From Candidatus Latescibacterota bacterium (GTDB lineage: Bacteria > Latescibacterota > UBA2968 > SICM01), in contig CBDCJO010000001.1 of NCBI GenBank assembly GCA_965217865.1, positions 224,001 through 288,000 of the forward strand: a stretch of DNA of 64,000 nt. Direction: 5' to 3'. The notes beneath the pieces were generated by a model. That model did no database searches. It was not told where the DNA came from and saw only the letters and a program-made list of their open reading frames with translations. Positions within the stretch are counted from its first letter, which is position 1. Each line of letters begins with the position of its first letter. Made by a program: the position numbers and the translations under genes. Shown here in pieces: positions 19,839 to 31,921 of the stretch.

Positions 19839-20207
19839 TCAGACTCCTTGTTTTTTACCCCTGGATTCCTGGCCGTCCGATACGACGACCGTTATGTGAC
19901 TCAACCGCTTTCGGATCTGACCCGCCGCACCCCTTGGCATCGGCAAGAGCCGCTTGAAGGCGATCCCCCCATCCACGAAGATCTCCTTGATGAACAGGTC
20001 CTCGTGGTCCCCCTTGTCCCCCTCCGCCACGTCCCAGTTTGCCGCTGCTGAACGGACGGTCTTCTCTACGATGCGAGCCGCCTTTTTAGGGGGAAAATGC
20101 AGCTGATTCAGGGCGGATTCCACGTTTTTTCCCCGTACCAAATCAACCACCTGTCGGGCTTTCCTGGGTGATAATCTGACATATCGAGCGACTGCTCGGG
20201 CTTCCAC
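19839..20207 (-). CDS. rplV: 50S ribosomal protein L22
   Basis: [15 protein letters not shown]. Confidence 0.98.
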   Translation of the reverse strand: MEARAVARYVRLSPRKARQVVDLVRGKNVESALNQLHFPPKKAARIVEKTVRSAAANWDVAEGDKGDHEDLFIKEIFVDGGIAFKRLLPMPRGAAGQIRKRLSHITVVVSDGQESRGKKQGV

Positions 20208-20236
20208 AAGGACCTCCGAACCATCAATTGATCAGG

Positions 20237-20524
20237 TTATCTAACCGAAGTCGACCGTTCTGTCGCTCTTTGCCGATGCCCGCGAAAAGTCCGGGTGGGG
20301 GCGAACTCACCGAGTTTGTGCCCGACCATATTTTCAGTGATGTAGACCGGAATAAATTTGTTCCCGTTATGTACGGCGAAGGTATGACCCACAAAATCAG
20401 GCGAGATGGTCGAACCTCTTGCCCAGGTTTTGATCACACGCTTGTCCCCAGACTTGTTCATCTGCTCGACTTTCTTGAGCAAACCCAGATCAATAAAAGG
20501 GCCCTTTTTGATCGAACGCCCCAC
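20237..20524 (-). CDS. rpsS: 30S ribosomal protein S19
   Basis: [19 protein letters not shown]. Confidence 0.99.
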   Translation of the reverse strand: MGRSIKKGPFIDLGLLKKVEQMNKSGDKRVIKTWARGSTISPDFVGHTFAVHNGNKFIPVYITENMVGHKLGEFAPTRTFRGHRQRATERSTSVR

Positions 20525-20563
20525 GTCGGCTTTATCCTCCTGTTTACTTCATTGATCGCGCCA

Positions 20564-21391
20564 TCAGCCTTTTGATTTTCGCGGTCGGATGATCAGCGGA
20601 TTCGGCTTCTTTTTTCGCGTCTTATAACCCTTCGTTGGCCATCCCCACGGAGACCGGGGATGCCCACCGCCCGAAGCCTTTCCCTCGCCCCCCCCCATCG
20701 GGTGATCGACGGGGTTCATCGCCACGCCCCGGACCGTGGGGCGGACTCCAAGCCAGCGGGAGCGACCCGCTTTGCCGAGGGACAGGTTCTCGTGGTCAAG
20801 GTTACCCACCTGCCCGATCGTCGCATAACAGTCGAGTTTGACCTGTCTCGTCTCTCCGGATGGGAGGCGAAGATGGGCGTACTTCCCCTCTTTTGCCATC
20901 AGTTGAATTCTTGAACCCGCGCTCCGCCCGATCTGGCCGCCTTTCCCCGGTTGGAACTCGACATTATGGATTTCTGACCCAAGGGGAACCCGCTCCAACG
21001 GCATGGCATTGCCCGGCCGAATCTCGGCACGATCCCCCGCCATAACGGGATCTCCTACCTCCAATCCCACCGGTGCGATGATGTATCGTTTCTCCCCATC
21101 GATGTACTGGAGGAGGGCGATACGGGCGGAGCGATTCGGATCATATTCGATCGAAGCCACACGGGCGGAGATGTTGCGTTTGTCCCGTTTAAAGTCAATT
21201 TGACGATACCGCCTCTTGTGACCTCCCCCCCGGTGACGGCAAGTCACCACACCCCTGTTGTTTCGACCCCCCTTTTTCCGAGAGGACCTTAAGAGGGATT
21301 TTTCCGGTTTTGAAGTCGTAATCTCATCGAATGATGAGATCGTCTTGAACCTCAGCGTGGGGGTTGTCGGTCGAAAACTCTTAACGGCCAC
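20564..21391 (-). CDS. rplB: 50S ribosomal protein L2
   Basis: [27 protein letters not shown]. Confidence 0.99.
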   Translation of the reverse strand: MAVKSFRPTTPTLRFKTISSFDEITTSKPEKSLLRSSRKKGGRNNRGVVTCRHRGGGHKRRYRQIDFKRDKRNISARVASIEYDPNRSARIALLQYIDGEKRYIIAPVGLEVGDPVMAGDRAEIRPGNAMPLERVPLGSEIHNVEFQPGKGGQIGRSAGSRIQLMAKEGKYAHLRLPSGETRQVKLDCYATIGQVGNLDHENLSLGKAGRSRWLGVRPTVRGVAMNPVDHPMGGGEGKASGGGHPRSPWGWPTKGYKTRKKKPNPLIIRPRKSKG

Positions 21392-21447
21392 GGGAATCCA
21401 TCCGTTTAATGGGATCAGGAAAACGGTGATCTTCTAGGGGTGTCGGT

Positions 21448-21738
21448 TCAGGTCCCCTCAAAGAACTCAATTTTATCTCCGGCCTGTAGGGTCACAATCG
21501 CTTTTTTACGGTCCGGTCGACGTCCCCGATACATTCCCATTCGCTTGATCTTACCGTGCATCCAAAGCGTTCGGACGCCGACGACCTTCACGTCGAACTT
21601 CTGTTCGACCGCCCGCTTGACATCGATCTTGTTGGCGAAACGATCTACCTCAAACACCACTTTGTTTTCTCGATCGGTGAGGACCGTAGACTTCTCTGTG
21701 ATCAGAGGTTTGCGAATGACATGATTTGGATTTTTCAC
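21448..21738 (-). CDS. rplW: 50S ribosomal protein L23
   Basis: PLITEKS, KKAIVTL. Confidence 0.97.
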   Translation of the reverse strand: MKNPNHVIRKPLITEKSTVLTDRENKVVFEVDRFANKIDVKRAVEQKFDVKVVGVRTLWMHGKIKRMGMYRGRRPDRKKAIVTLQAGDKIEFFEGT

Positions 21739-22370
21739 GGTGCGCCCCAAACCTCCGACATTCTGTTCAGGGCTGATGTCGTAAACAGAACCGTCTCAGA
21801 CCGCATCACGTCATACACGGAAAAGCTGTTCGCGGGCTTTACGTCCAGCCCAGAAATATTTCGACAGGATTTGAAAAGGACCGGATCCGACGGGTTGACC
21901 ACCAGAAGGGCCCTGCGATTCTGAAGACCCAACGCCCGCATCAGATCGGCCACCTTTTTCGTCCGGGGTGTTTCGAGGGAAATATCCTCAAGGACCCTCA
22001 CCTGGCCTTCCCGCATTTTGAGGGTCAGCGCAGACTTCAAGGCCAATCGCCGAACCTTCTTGGGCACCTTTTCACGGTATCCGTGCGGATGAGGGCCATG
22101 CGCCGTCCCTCCGCCCACCCATACGGGAGATCCCCTCGTTCCCGAACGAGATCGTCCGGTTCCCTTCTGTCGCCAGGGTTTACGCTTCGTTCGGTTGACC
22201 TCCGCACGGGTCAACGTATCCGCGTTTCCCTGCCGCTGCGCATTCTGGAAGGCCTTCACCGAGAAATAGATCGCCTCTGAAGACGGCCGGTCAATCTCGA
22301 AAATCGCGGATGGAAGTTCGGTCGTTCCCACGACGCCCCCGTCCAAGTTGTAAATATCTAAACCTGCCAT
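21735..22370 (-). CDS. rplD: 50S ribosomal protein L4
   Basis: KPWRQKGTGR, GGGTAHGP. Confidence 0.98.
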   Translation of the reverse strand: MAGLDIYNLDGGVVGTTELPSAIFEIDRPSSEAIYFSVKAFQNAQRQGNADTLTRAEVNRTKRKPWRQKGTGRSRSGTRGSPVWVGGGTAHGPHPHGYREKVPKKVRRLALKSALTLKMREGQVRVLEDISLETPRTKKVADLMRALGLQNRRALLVVNPSDPVLFKSCRNISGLDVKPANSFSVYDVMRSETVLFTTSALNRMSEVWGAP

Positions 22371-22377
22371 CTCGAGC

Positions 22378-23001
22378 TCAACCTGCCTTTCGAATCGAGA
22401 CAACCCCGCCCCGTGCCCCCGGAACGGCCCCTTTTACAAAAAGAAGATTTCGCTCTTTGTCGATTCGGACCACCGACAGCCCCTTGACGGTCACCCTGCG
22501 GTTTCCCATCCTGCCCCCCATACGCACGCCTTTGAAAACCCGGGATGGATAGGAACTTTGACCGATCGAACCCGGAGCGCGATGACGGTCCGATTGGCCG
22601 TGAGTCTTGGGCCCGCCTTTAAAATGATGTCTCCGAATGGTCCCGGCGAAACCTTTACCCTTCGAACACCCCGTTACGTCCACCTGATCTCCATCTTCAA
22701 ACATCGCAACGTCCAGGATGTCCCCTATTTGATACGTCTCCTCCGAAGTCAGCCGGAACTCTCGGAGTATCCGCTTGGGTTCAAGACCGGCTTTTTCAAA
22801 GACCCCGGCATCCGGACGGTTCACGCGCTTTGACGGAATGTCCTCATAGCCGATCCGCACCGCCCGGTAGCCGTCAACGGCCTCTTCTTTGACCTGGACC
22901 ACTGGACAGGGACCCGCCTGGATGATCGTCACCGGGACAAGGTCGTCATTCTTCCCGAAAATCTGGATCATTCCCACTTTTCTGCCAACCAAAGTCGCCA
23001 C
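22378..23001 (-). CDS. rplC: 50S ribosomal protein L3
   Basis: GRKVGM, SKGKGFAG, HRAPGSIG. Confidence 0.99.
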   Translation of the reverse strand: MATLVGRKVGMIQIFGKNDDLVPVTIIQAGPCPVVQVKEEAVDGYRAVRIGYEDIPSKRVNRPDAGVFEKAGLEPKRILREFRLTSEETYQIGDILDVAMFEDGDQVDVTGCSKGKGFAGTIRRHHFKGGPKTHGQSDRHRAPGSIGQSSYPSRVFKGVRMGGRMGNRRVTVKGLSVVRIDKERNLLFVKGAVPGARGGVVSIRKAG

Positions 23002-23028
23002 GGTTCAAAACCTCTACCGGAAGTCCGC

Positions 23029-23337
23029 TCAAGCCTTGATCTCTATGTCGATGCCAGCCGGAAGATCCAGCTTCATCAAGGCATCCACCGTCTGAGGGTT
23101 AGAATTGTAAATGTCGATCAGTCTTTTATGGACCTTTGTCTGGAACTGCTCACGGGATTTCTTGTCCACGTGCGGTGATCGGAGCACGGTATACAACGTC
23201 CTGTCCGACGGAAGGGGGATAGGCCCTGCGATCAGCGCCCCGGTCCGTTTGGCGGTTCTTACGATCTCATCCGCGGAACGATCCAACGACCGATGATCGT
23301 ATGCCTTCAGGCGAATACGTATCTTTTGAGAAGGCAA
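23029..23337 (-). CDS. rpsJ: 30S ribosomal protein S10
   Basis: [23 protein letters not shown]. Confidence 0.99.
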   Translation of the reverse strand: MPSQKIRIRLKAYDHRSLDRSADEIVRTAKRTGALIAGPIPLPSDRTLYTVLRSPHVDKKSREQFQTKVHKRLIDIYNSNPQTVDALMKLDLPAGIDIEIKA

Positions 23338-23408
23338 AAAAACCTTTCCATAGGGACGCTCTCCCGCGTCCCGAAAAAACGTGAAGGGTTGGGGACTCCG
23401 GTGAACCC

Positions 23409-24599
<1,191 letters not shown>

Positions 24600-24663
24600 T
24601 GTTGCTGCCTCCTTGAAGGGGATTGCCCGGATCAGCGGCAGTCTTCGCGGCCGGACCCCGGTC

Positions 24664-26745
24664 TTAGATGCCTCGAACTTTGGCTATGATTTCATCGGCG
24701 ATGTTTTTCGGTGCTTCCTGGTACCTGGAGAATTGCATGGAATGAATCGCTCTCCCCTGTGTCAGCGATCGAAGGCGTGTGGCATAACCGAACATCTCGC
24801 TAAGCGGAACCACGGCGGTCACAACCTGTGCATCCGGTCGGTTTACGATACCCATGATACTTCCTCGGCGCGCATTCAGGTCTCCGATGACTTCCCCCAT
24901 GTATTCGCCCGGGACCACCACCTCCACATCGAAAACCGGCTCCAGAAGATAGGGGTCCGCTTTTTTGGCCCCCTCTCGAAAGGCCATCGAACCAGCGATC
25001 TTGAAGGCTATCTCCGACGAGTCCACTTCGTGAAAGGAACCGTCATAAAGGGTCACCTGCACATCCTCTACGGGAAACCCCCCCAGCACCCCGCTGGTCA
25101 TCGCCTCCTGGATCCCTTGCCTCACGGGATTGATGAATTCCTTGGGGATCCTCCCCCCCACGATTTTATTCTCAAAGGCCAGGCCCACGCCCGGTTCACC
25201 GGGCCCCATTTCGATACAAACGTGGCCGAACTGCCCCCGTCCACCGGATTGGCGGACGAACCGTCCTTCGGACTTAACCGTGTCTCGAATCGACTCTTTG
25301 TAGGCCACCTGAGGTTTGCCGACATTCGCCGTGACCCGAAACTCCCGAAGGAGCCGATCTACGATGATCTCCAGGTGAAGCTCACCCATTCCTGAGATGA
25401 TCGTCTGTCCGGTATCCGGATCGTTGGACACCTGGAAGGTCGGGTCCTCTTCCGTGAGCTTCGACAAAGAAGTGCCCAAAAGATCCTGATCGGCCTTGGT
25501 CTTGGGCTCAATGGCCACATCGATGACCGGCTTGGCAAACTGTATCGTCCCCAAGATGATCGGGTGCCGCTCATCGCAGAGCGTATCACCGGTGGCAGTA
25601 CCCTTCAACCCCACCATCGCGGCGATGTCCCCTGCGTGCACCTCCTGCAGTTCCTCTCGCTTGTTGGCGTGCATCCGGAGCAACCGTCCGACCCGTTCCC
25701 GGCGGCCGCTGTTTGCGTTCAGCACGTAAGATCCGGTCTTGAGGCAACCGGAGTACACCCGGGAATAGGTCAGGCGGCCCACATACGGATCTGTCATAAT
25801 CTTGAAGGCAAGCGCGCAAAATGGATCCTCGTCCGAAGCGGACCGCTTCTCTTCCGCTTTGGAATCGGGATGGCGACCGACCACCTCGGTGAGATTGAGT
25901 GGATTCGGGAGATAGTCTATCACCGCATTCAAAAGCCTCTGTACCCCTTTGTTCTTGAAAGCAGATCCGCACAGAACCGGCACGATTTTTACTTGGGCCG
26001 TGGCCTGTCTGAGGGCACTTTTGATCTCTGAGACGGAGATCGGTTTTCCGTCGAGAAATTTCTCCATCAGTCCATCGTCGAAATCGGATACGGCCTCGAG
26101 AAGCTTCTCCCGATAGAAGAGGGCTTTTTTGACCATATCTTTGGGGATCCCGGATTCCACGAACTTGACCCCCAGCGAATCCTCGGGATACGTGAGGGAT
26201 GTCATCTGCACCAGGTCAATCAGGCCGGAATAGATATCCCCCGAACCCAGAGGGAGCTGGATCGGGACAAATTTACCCCCTAAGCGCTCCTCCATCATTT
26301 CGAGGACCTGGTAAAAATCCGCACCGGTCCGATCCATCTTGTTCACAAAGGCGATGCGAGGCACCATGTAGCGGTCGGCCTGACGCCACACGGTCTCGGA
26401 CTGAGGCTCCACGCCTCCCACGGCGCAGAATAGGCCGATGGCCCCGTCCAGCACGCGCAGCGAACGCTCCACTTCAGCCGTAAAGTCGACGTGCCCGGGG
26501 GTGTCGATGATATTGATCAGGTGGTCATCCCACTCGCAAGTGGTAGCTGCGGACGTGATGGTGATCCCCCGCTCCCGCTCCTGCTCCATCCAGTCCATCG
26601 CCGCTGCCCCGTCGTGGACCTCCCCCATCCGATGCAGCTTTCCGGAATAGTACAGGATGCGTTCGGTGGTCGTCGTCTTGCCCGCGTCGATATGGGCCAT
26701 GATCCCGATGTTCCGGATCTTTTCTAAGGAAACTTCTCGTGCCAT
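24664..26745 (-). CDS. fusA: Elongation factor G
   Basis: [24 protein letters not shown]. Confidence 0.99.
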   Translation of the reverse strand: MAREVSLEKIRNIGIMAHIDAGKTTTTERILYYSGKLHRMGEVHDGAAAMDWMEQERERGITITSAATTCEWDDHLINIIDTPGHVDFTAEVERSLRVLDGAIGLFCAVGGVEPQSETVWRQADRYMVPRIAFVNKMDRTGADFYQVLEMMEERLGGKFVPIQLPLGSGDIYSGLIDLVQMTSLTYPEDSLGVKFVESGIPKDMVKKALFYREKLLEAVSDFDDGLMEKFLDGKPISVSEIKSALRQATAQVKIVPVLCGSAFKNKGVQRLLNAVIDYLPNPLNLTEVVGRHPDSKAEEKRSASDEDPFCALAFKIMTDPYVGRLTYSRVYSGCLKTGSYVLNANSGRRERVGRLLRMHANKREELQEVHAGDIAAMVGLKGTATGDTLCDERHPIILGTIQFAKPVIDVAIEPKTKADQDLLGTSLSKLTEEDPTFQVSNDPDTGQTIISGMGELHLEIIVDRLLREFRVTANVGKPQVAYKESIRDTVKSEGRFVRQSGGRGQFGHVCIEMGPGEPGVGLAFENKIVGGRIPKEFINPVRQGIQEAMTSGVLGGFPVEDVQVTLYDGSFHEVDSSEIAFKIAGSMAFREGAKKADPYLLEPVFDVEVVVPGEYMGEVIGDLNARRGSIMGIVNRPDAQVVTAVVPLSEMFGYATRLRSLTQGRAIHSMQFSRYQEAPKNIADEIIAKVRGI

Positions 26746-26808
26746 AAAATCCGCGTCAATCTCCTGATTCTATCGATCGCCTTTCGCACCTTCTCCAACT
26801 GGCCGATC

Positions 26809-27279
26809 TCACCCTCTGTAATGTGCAAACGCCCGGTTCGACTCCGCCATACGGTGCGTATCCTCCCGTCTTCGAATCGCCCCGCCCTCGTTCTTGGCGG
26901 CATCCATCAATTCACCCGCCAACCGTTCGGCCATGCTTTTTTCAGAACGCTCCTGAGAGTAAGTGATAAGCCATCTTATCGAAAGACTCGTCCTCTGATC
27001 CTGACGGACCTCAACCGGAACCTGATAGGTCTGGCCCCCGACCCTCCTGGACCGGACCATGACAGCCGGCTTGACGCTCTCCACGGCCTTCTGAAAAACA
27101 TCGATCCCAGGCTGATCCGTTCGCTTTTCAACCAAGTCGAGCGCTTTATAAAAGATCCGTTCCGCGACGCTCTTCTTCCCGCGCTTTAAGAGGCGGCTGA
27201 CAAATCGCGTCGCGAGGATGTTATGATACTTGGGGTCGGGGAGAACCGGTTTTTTTTCAACCTTCCTTCGCCTCGGCAT
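26809..27279 (-). CDS. rpsG: 30S ribosomal protein S7
   Basis: RRVGGQTYQVP, HRMAESNRAFAHY. Confidence 0.99.
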   Translation of the reverse strand: MPRRRKVEKKPVLPDPKYHNILATRFVSRLLKRGKKSVAERIFYKALDLVEKRTDQPGIDVFQKAVESVKPAVMVRSRRVGGQTYQVPVEVRQDQRTSLSIRWLITYSQERSEKSMAERLAGELMDAAKNEGGAIRRREDTHRMAESNRAFAHYRG

Positions 27280-27337
27280 AAATCCTCAATTCGAAAAACT
27301 CATGCCTCGCCGCAGGAAATGCGGCGAGCCAATCCCT

Positions 27338-27709
27338 TCACTTCGGGGCCTTCGCACCGTACTTTGACCGACTCTGTTTTCGATCCGCCACGCCCGTTGT
27401 GTCAAGGACGCCCCTTATGATGTGATACCTCACCGAAGGGAGATCCTTTACTCGGCCGCCGCGGACCAGAACGATTGAGTGCTCCTGGAGGTTATGCCCC
27501 TCTCCCGGGATGTAGGCTGTGACCTCCATCCCGTTCGTCAACCGAACGCGGGCGACCTTCCTCAAGGCGGAATTCGGTTTTTTCGGGGTCTGAGTCGTCA
27601 CCCGGAGACAGACACCCCGCTTTTGGGGGCTTCCCCGAAGGGCGGGCGAAGCGGACTTTTGGCCCTTCCTTTTTCTCCCGAGACGGACGAGTTGATTTAT
27701 CGTTGGCAA
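27338..27709 (-). CDS. rpsL: 30S ribosomal protein S12
   Basis: [20 protein letters not shown]. Confidence 0.99.
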   Translation of the reverse strand: MPTINQLVRLGRKRKGQKSASPALRGSPQKRGVCLRVTTQTPKKPNSALRKVARVRLTNGMEVTAYIPGEGHNLQEHSIVLVRGGRVKDLPSVRYHIIRGVLDTTGVADRKQSRSKYGAKAPK

Positions 27710-27766
27710 GCAAAACCTCCTGCTATCGCAGATAGCCTTTCAACATAGTCATTAATTTCAACATTG

Positions 27767-30700
27767 TCAAGCTTTTATTGTCTCCGGTTCATCCTCTCCC
27801 ACGGAAGCGACATGGGGTTCGTTGTCCGGATCCACGAGGGTCACGCCGGAGTATCGGTTCATCCCGGTCCCGGCCGGAATCAGATGGCCGATAATCACAT
27901 TCTCCTTCAGGCCAAGTAGATTGTCAACGCGCCCCTGGACGGCCGCATCGGTCAGCACCCTCGTCGTCTCCTGGAAGGACGCCGCGGAGACGAAGCTGTC
28001 CGTCATCAGGGACGCCCGGGTGATCCCGAGCAGCAGAGGTTGATAGGTGGCAGGGTCTCCGCCTTCTGCCACGACCTTCGCGTTTTCATCGAAGAACCGG
28101 AACTTGTCCACAGCCTCCCCCTCCAGAAAATTCGTATCCCCGGAGTCGACAAGCTTCACCTTCTGCAGCATCTGTCGAACGATCACTTCGATGTGCTTGT
28201 CGTTAATCTTGACCCCCTGCAGCCGGTAGACATCCTGAATTTCGTTCACCAGATACTCCTGCACCGCCTGGACACCCTGGATTCCAAGGATATCGTGAGG
28301 ATTCACCGAACCTTCCGAGAGCTGTTCTCCCGCAAGGACCCGATCCCCTTCGTGTACGCGCAGATGCTTCCCGTAAGGAATCAGATAACGCCGCTCCTCG
28401 CCCTCATCCGAGATGACGGTCAACTCCCTGGCGCCCCGCACAATCCCCCCTAACTTCACCAGACCGTCGATCTCGGTCACCACGGCCGGATCCTTGGGCC
28501 GGCGAGCTTCGAAGAGTTCGGCCACCCTGGGCAATCCCCCGGTGATATCTCGGGTCTTGCTCCGTTCCCTCGGGATCTTAACCAGAATGTCCCCCCCCTT
28601 GACTTCGTCTCCATCGCGAACAAAAAGCCTGGCCCCGACCGGGAGAAGATAGTGTGACAGCTTGTTTCCCCCCCCATCTATCACCTCGATATGAGGGGAT
28701 AACGTCCGATCCCGATGTTCGACGATAACCGGATGGCGAAGTCCGGTCGCTTCGTCGGACTCCTCCCGGTAGGTAACATCGTCCACGATGTCAACAAACC
28801 GTAGAGCACCCGGCTTATCCGTGACGATCACGTTGTTGTAAGGATCCCACTCATACAGGACCACGCCGCCCTCGACCTCGTCCTTCTCACGGACCTTCAC
28901 CACGGCCCCGGCAGGAACGTGGTAACGCCCCCCCCTCGGTCTCCCCTGCTGATCGAGCAGTTCGATCTCGCCGTTTCGACCCACGGCCACAAGGCCTTCC
29001 CCCGGCCTTTCCACGGCATCGAGGTTGTTGAAGTGCACCGTGCCCGCCCGCTTGGCCGTGATGCTCGACTGTTCCGCGATCCGGGAGGCCGTGCCTCCGA
29101 TATGGAATGTCCGAAGCGTCAGTTGGGTCCCGGGTTCCCCGACGCTCTGCGCCGCGATAACCCCGACCGCGTCTCCCACATCCGCGAGCCGACCGGTGGC
29201 CAGATTTCGACCATAGCACTTCACACAGACCCCCCTGCGCGACTCGCACGTGAGCATCGACCGGATCCAGCATTTCTCGATGCCTGCATCGGCGATCTTG
29301 TCGGCAAGCTCTTCGTCGATGAGCACGCCACCCTCGACGATCGTCTCTCCCGAGATCGGTTCAATCACGTCGTTCAAAAGGGTGCGCCCGACGATCCGGT
29401 CCGCCATGGGCTCCAGAATGTCCTCGCCCTCCTTTAACGCCCCGATTTCGATCCCCAGGATGGTTCCACAGTCCTCCTCGGAGATGATCACATCCTGTGC
29501 CACATCCACCATCCGGCGCGTCAGGTAACCGGCCTCTGCCGTCTTGAGGGCGGTATCGGCCAGACCCTTTCGGGCGCCGTGTGTGGATATGAAGTACTCC
29601 AGAACGGTCAGCCCCTCCTTAAAGTTCGATATGATGGGGGTCTCGATGATCTCGCCAACCGCACCGGTGATCTTCTTCTGTGGCTTGTTCATCGGTCCCC
29701 GCATGCCGCCGAGTTGCTTGATCTGGTCGTCGCTGCCCCGGGCCCCGGAATCGGCCATCACGAAGATCGAATTGAATCCACCTTCGTCCTGTTCAAGGAC
29801 TTCTTTCATCACCCGGGCGACATCGTTTGTGGTGTGTTGCCATACATCGATTACCTTGTTGTAACGCTCCCCGTCGGTGATGATACCCCGCCGGTACTGG
29901 TTTTGAATGTTCTCGACCTCTTTTATCGCCAGATTTACCATGGCATCTTTCTGATCCGGCACGACCACATCTTCCACCCCCACCGTCACCCCCGCCTTGG
30001 TGGCATACCGGTAACCCAGGGTTTTGAGATGGTCCACGAACTCGGCAGCCTTTCGATTTCCATACCGGTTATGAACCTGTGTGACCACGTCTTTAATCTT
30101 CGGCTTGTCCACCACCTCGTTGACGTAGGGGACCCCATCGGGGATGATCGAGTTGAAGATAATTCTCCCAAGCGTCGTCTCCATGATCGTCCCGTCCATT
30201 CGTACATTGATCGGCGTGTGCAGGTCCAGCCGCTCGTAGGCGTGAGCCGTCAGGGCGTCCTCAGCGCTGGAAAAACGCTTCAGTTCGTCCCCGTCCCGCT
30301 TCGCCATCTTCGTCAGGTAGTATGTCCCCAGGGCGATATCCTGAGGTTTGTCGATCACGACCGGGGACCCATCTGCGGGTTTGAGGATATTGTTGGCCGC
30401 CATCATCAGCACCCGGGCTTCGACCTGGGCCTCGAACGACAGGGGGAGATGAACGGCCATCTGGTCCCCATCGAAGTCTGCGTTGAATGCCGCACAGACA
30501 AGGGGGTGGATCTGAATCGCCTTCCCTTCCACCAGGACCGGCTGAAATGCCTGGATGCCAAGCCGATGGAGGGTCGGGGCCCGATTGAGAAGAACACAGT
30601 GGTCCTGGATGATCTCCTCGAGGATATCCCACACCTCCACCCGTTCCCGTTCCACGAGCTTTTTGGCGCTCTTGACGGTTTGTACGAGGCCTTTGTCTTC

Positions 30701-31849
30701 GAGCTGCTTGATGATAAAGGGTTTGAAGAGTTCGAGCGCAATCCCCTTCGGCAGGCCGCACTGACTCAGTTTGAGCTCGGGTCCACAGACGATGACCGAT
30801 CGTCCGGAATAATCGACGCGTTTCCCGAGCAGGTTCTGTCTGAAACGCCCCTGCTTCCCCTTCAGGAGGTCGGACAACGATTTCAGCGACCGGTTGCCAT
30901 CACCGCGAACAGCCCGGGACCGTCGACCGTTGTCGAAGAGGGCATCCACGGCTTCCTGAAGCATCCGTTTCTCGTTCCGAAGGATCACTTCCGGAGCCTT
31001 GATATCGATCAATTTCTTCAGGCGATTGTTTCGGTTGATCACCCGCCGGTACAGGTCGTTCAGATCGGAGGTTGCAAAACGCCCCCCCTCTAACGGGACC
31101 AGGGGTCGCAGGTCGGGGGGGATGACTGGAATAACTTCCAGGATCATCGATTCCGGCCGGTTCTGAGACCCCCGGAATGCCTCCACGACCTTCAGGCGTT
31201 TTAGGGCCTCCTGCTTGCGCTGTACCGATGTCTCCATCCTGGCATTCGTCCGCAGTTCGGCCGACAGAATATCCATTTCGATCTCCGACAGGATCTTATA
31301 GACGGCCGGAGCCCCCATCTCCGCCGTAAAATTATAACCCTGTTCCCGGAGCTGTTCCACCTCGTCCTCAGACAGAAGATCCTTTCGCTTCAAATCAGGC
31401 GCATCCCCCGGGTCGAGCACGACGTAAGACTCGTAGTAAAGTATGCGCTCAAGGTTCCGCACGGAGATATCGAGGAGATAGCCCATCCGGGACGGGAGGG
31501 ATTTGAAGTACCAGATGTGGGAGACGGGGACTGCCAATTCGATGTGGCCAAGGCGCTCCCGGCGGACCTTCGACTGCGTGATCTCAACCCCGCATCGGTC
31601 GCAGATAATGCCTTTGTAACGGATCCTTTTGTATTTTCCGCAGTGGCACTCCCAATCCTTCACGGGGCCAAAAATCCGCTCGCAGAAGAGGCCATCCCGC
31701 TCCGGTTTGAAAGACCGGTAGTTAATCGTCTCAGGCTTTGTGATTTCCCCTCGCGACCAGCCTCGAATGGTCTCAGGCGAGGCCAGTTGTATCAGGATCG
31801 AGGAGAAATTAGGCGACTTTTTCGCAACATTCAAGTCTGCCACGTCCAA
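27767..31849 (-). CDS. rpoC: RNA polymerase beta' subunit
   Basis: [20 protein letters not shown]; start TTG 31849 or GTG 31843. Confidence 0.99.
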   Translation of the reverse strand: MDVADLNVAKKSPNFSSILIQLASPETIRGWSRGEITKPETINYRSFKPERDGLFCERIFGPVKDWECHCGKYKRIRYKGIICDRCGVEITQSKVRRERLGHIELAVPVSHIWYFKSLPSRMGYLLDISVRNLERILYYESYVVLDPGDAPDLKRKDLLSEDEVEQLREQGYNFTAEMGAPAVYKILSEIEMDILSAELRTNARMETSVQRKQEALKRLKVVEAFRGSQNRPESMILEVIPVIPPDLRPLVPLEGGRFATSDLNDLYRRVINRNNRLKKLIDIKAPEVILRNEKRMLQEAVDALFDNGRRSRAVRGDGNRSLKSLSDLLKGKQGRFRQNLLGKRVDYSGRSVIVCGPELKLSQCGLPKGIALELFKPFIIKQLEDKGLVQTVKSAKKLVERERVEVWDILEEIIQDHCVLLNRAPTLHRLGIQAFQPVLVEGKAIQIHPLVCAAFNADFDGDQMAVHLPLSFEAQVEARVLMMAANNILKPADGSPVVIDKPQDIALGTYYLTKMAKRDGDELKRFSSAEDALTAHAYERLDLHTPINVRMDGTIMETTLGRIIFNSIIPDGVPYVNEVVDKPKIKDVVTQVHNRYGNRKAAEFVDHLKTLGYRYATKAGVTVGVEDVVVPDQKDAMVNLAIKEVENIQNQYRRGIITDGERYNKVIDVWQHTTNDVARVMKEVLEQDEGGFNSIFVMADSGARGSDDQIKQLGGMRGPMNKPQKKITGAVGEIIETPIISNFKEGLTVLEYFISTHGARKGLADTALKTAEAGYLTRRMVDVAQDVIISEEDCGTILGIEIGALKEGEDILEPMADRIVGRTLLNDVIEPISGETIVEGGVLIDEELADKIADAGIEKCWIRSMLTCESRRGVCVKCYGRNLATGRLADVGDAVGVIAAQSVGEPGTQLTLRTFHIGGTASRIAEQSSITAKRAGTVHFNNLDAVERPGEGLVAVGRNGEIELLDQQGRPRGGRYHVPAGAVVKVREKDEVEGGVVLYEWDPYNNVIVTDKPGALRFVDIVDDVTYREESDEATGLRHPVIVEHRDRTLSPHIEVIDGGGNKLSHYLLPVGARLFVRDGDEVKGGDILVKIPRERSKTRDITGGLPRVAELFEARRPKDPAVVTEIDGLVKLGGIVRGARELTVISDEGEERRYLIPYGKHLRVHEGDRVLAGEQLSEGSVNPHDILGIQGVQAVQEYLVNEIQDVYRLQGVKINDKHIEVIVRQMLQKVKLVDSGDTNFLEGEAVDKFRFFDENAKVVAEGGDPATYQPLLLGITRASLMTDSFVSAASFQETTRVLTDAAVQGRVDNLLGLKENVIIGHLIPAGTGMNRYSGVTLVDPDNEPHVASVGEDEPETIKA

Positions 31850-31921
31850 ACCCCCTTCGGGTCAAAATTCGTGAGTCGGCCAGAATCTTTCATCCCAGCT
31901 CCGTCGCACACCGTCCGTCCT

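Noticed and set aside
23353-23372. GGGACGC/GCGTCCC hairpin between tuf and rpsJ as a terminator
   Set aside because: On the coding strand the U-run precedes the stem, so it is not a terminator; no known leader motif recognised
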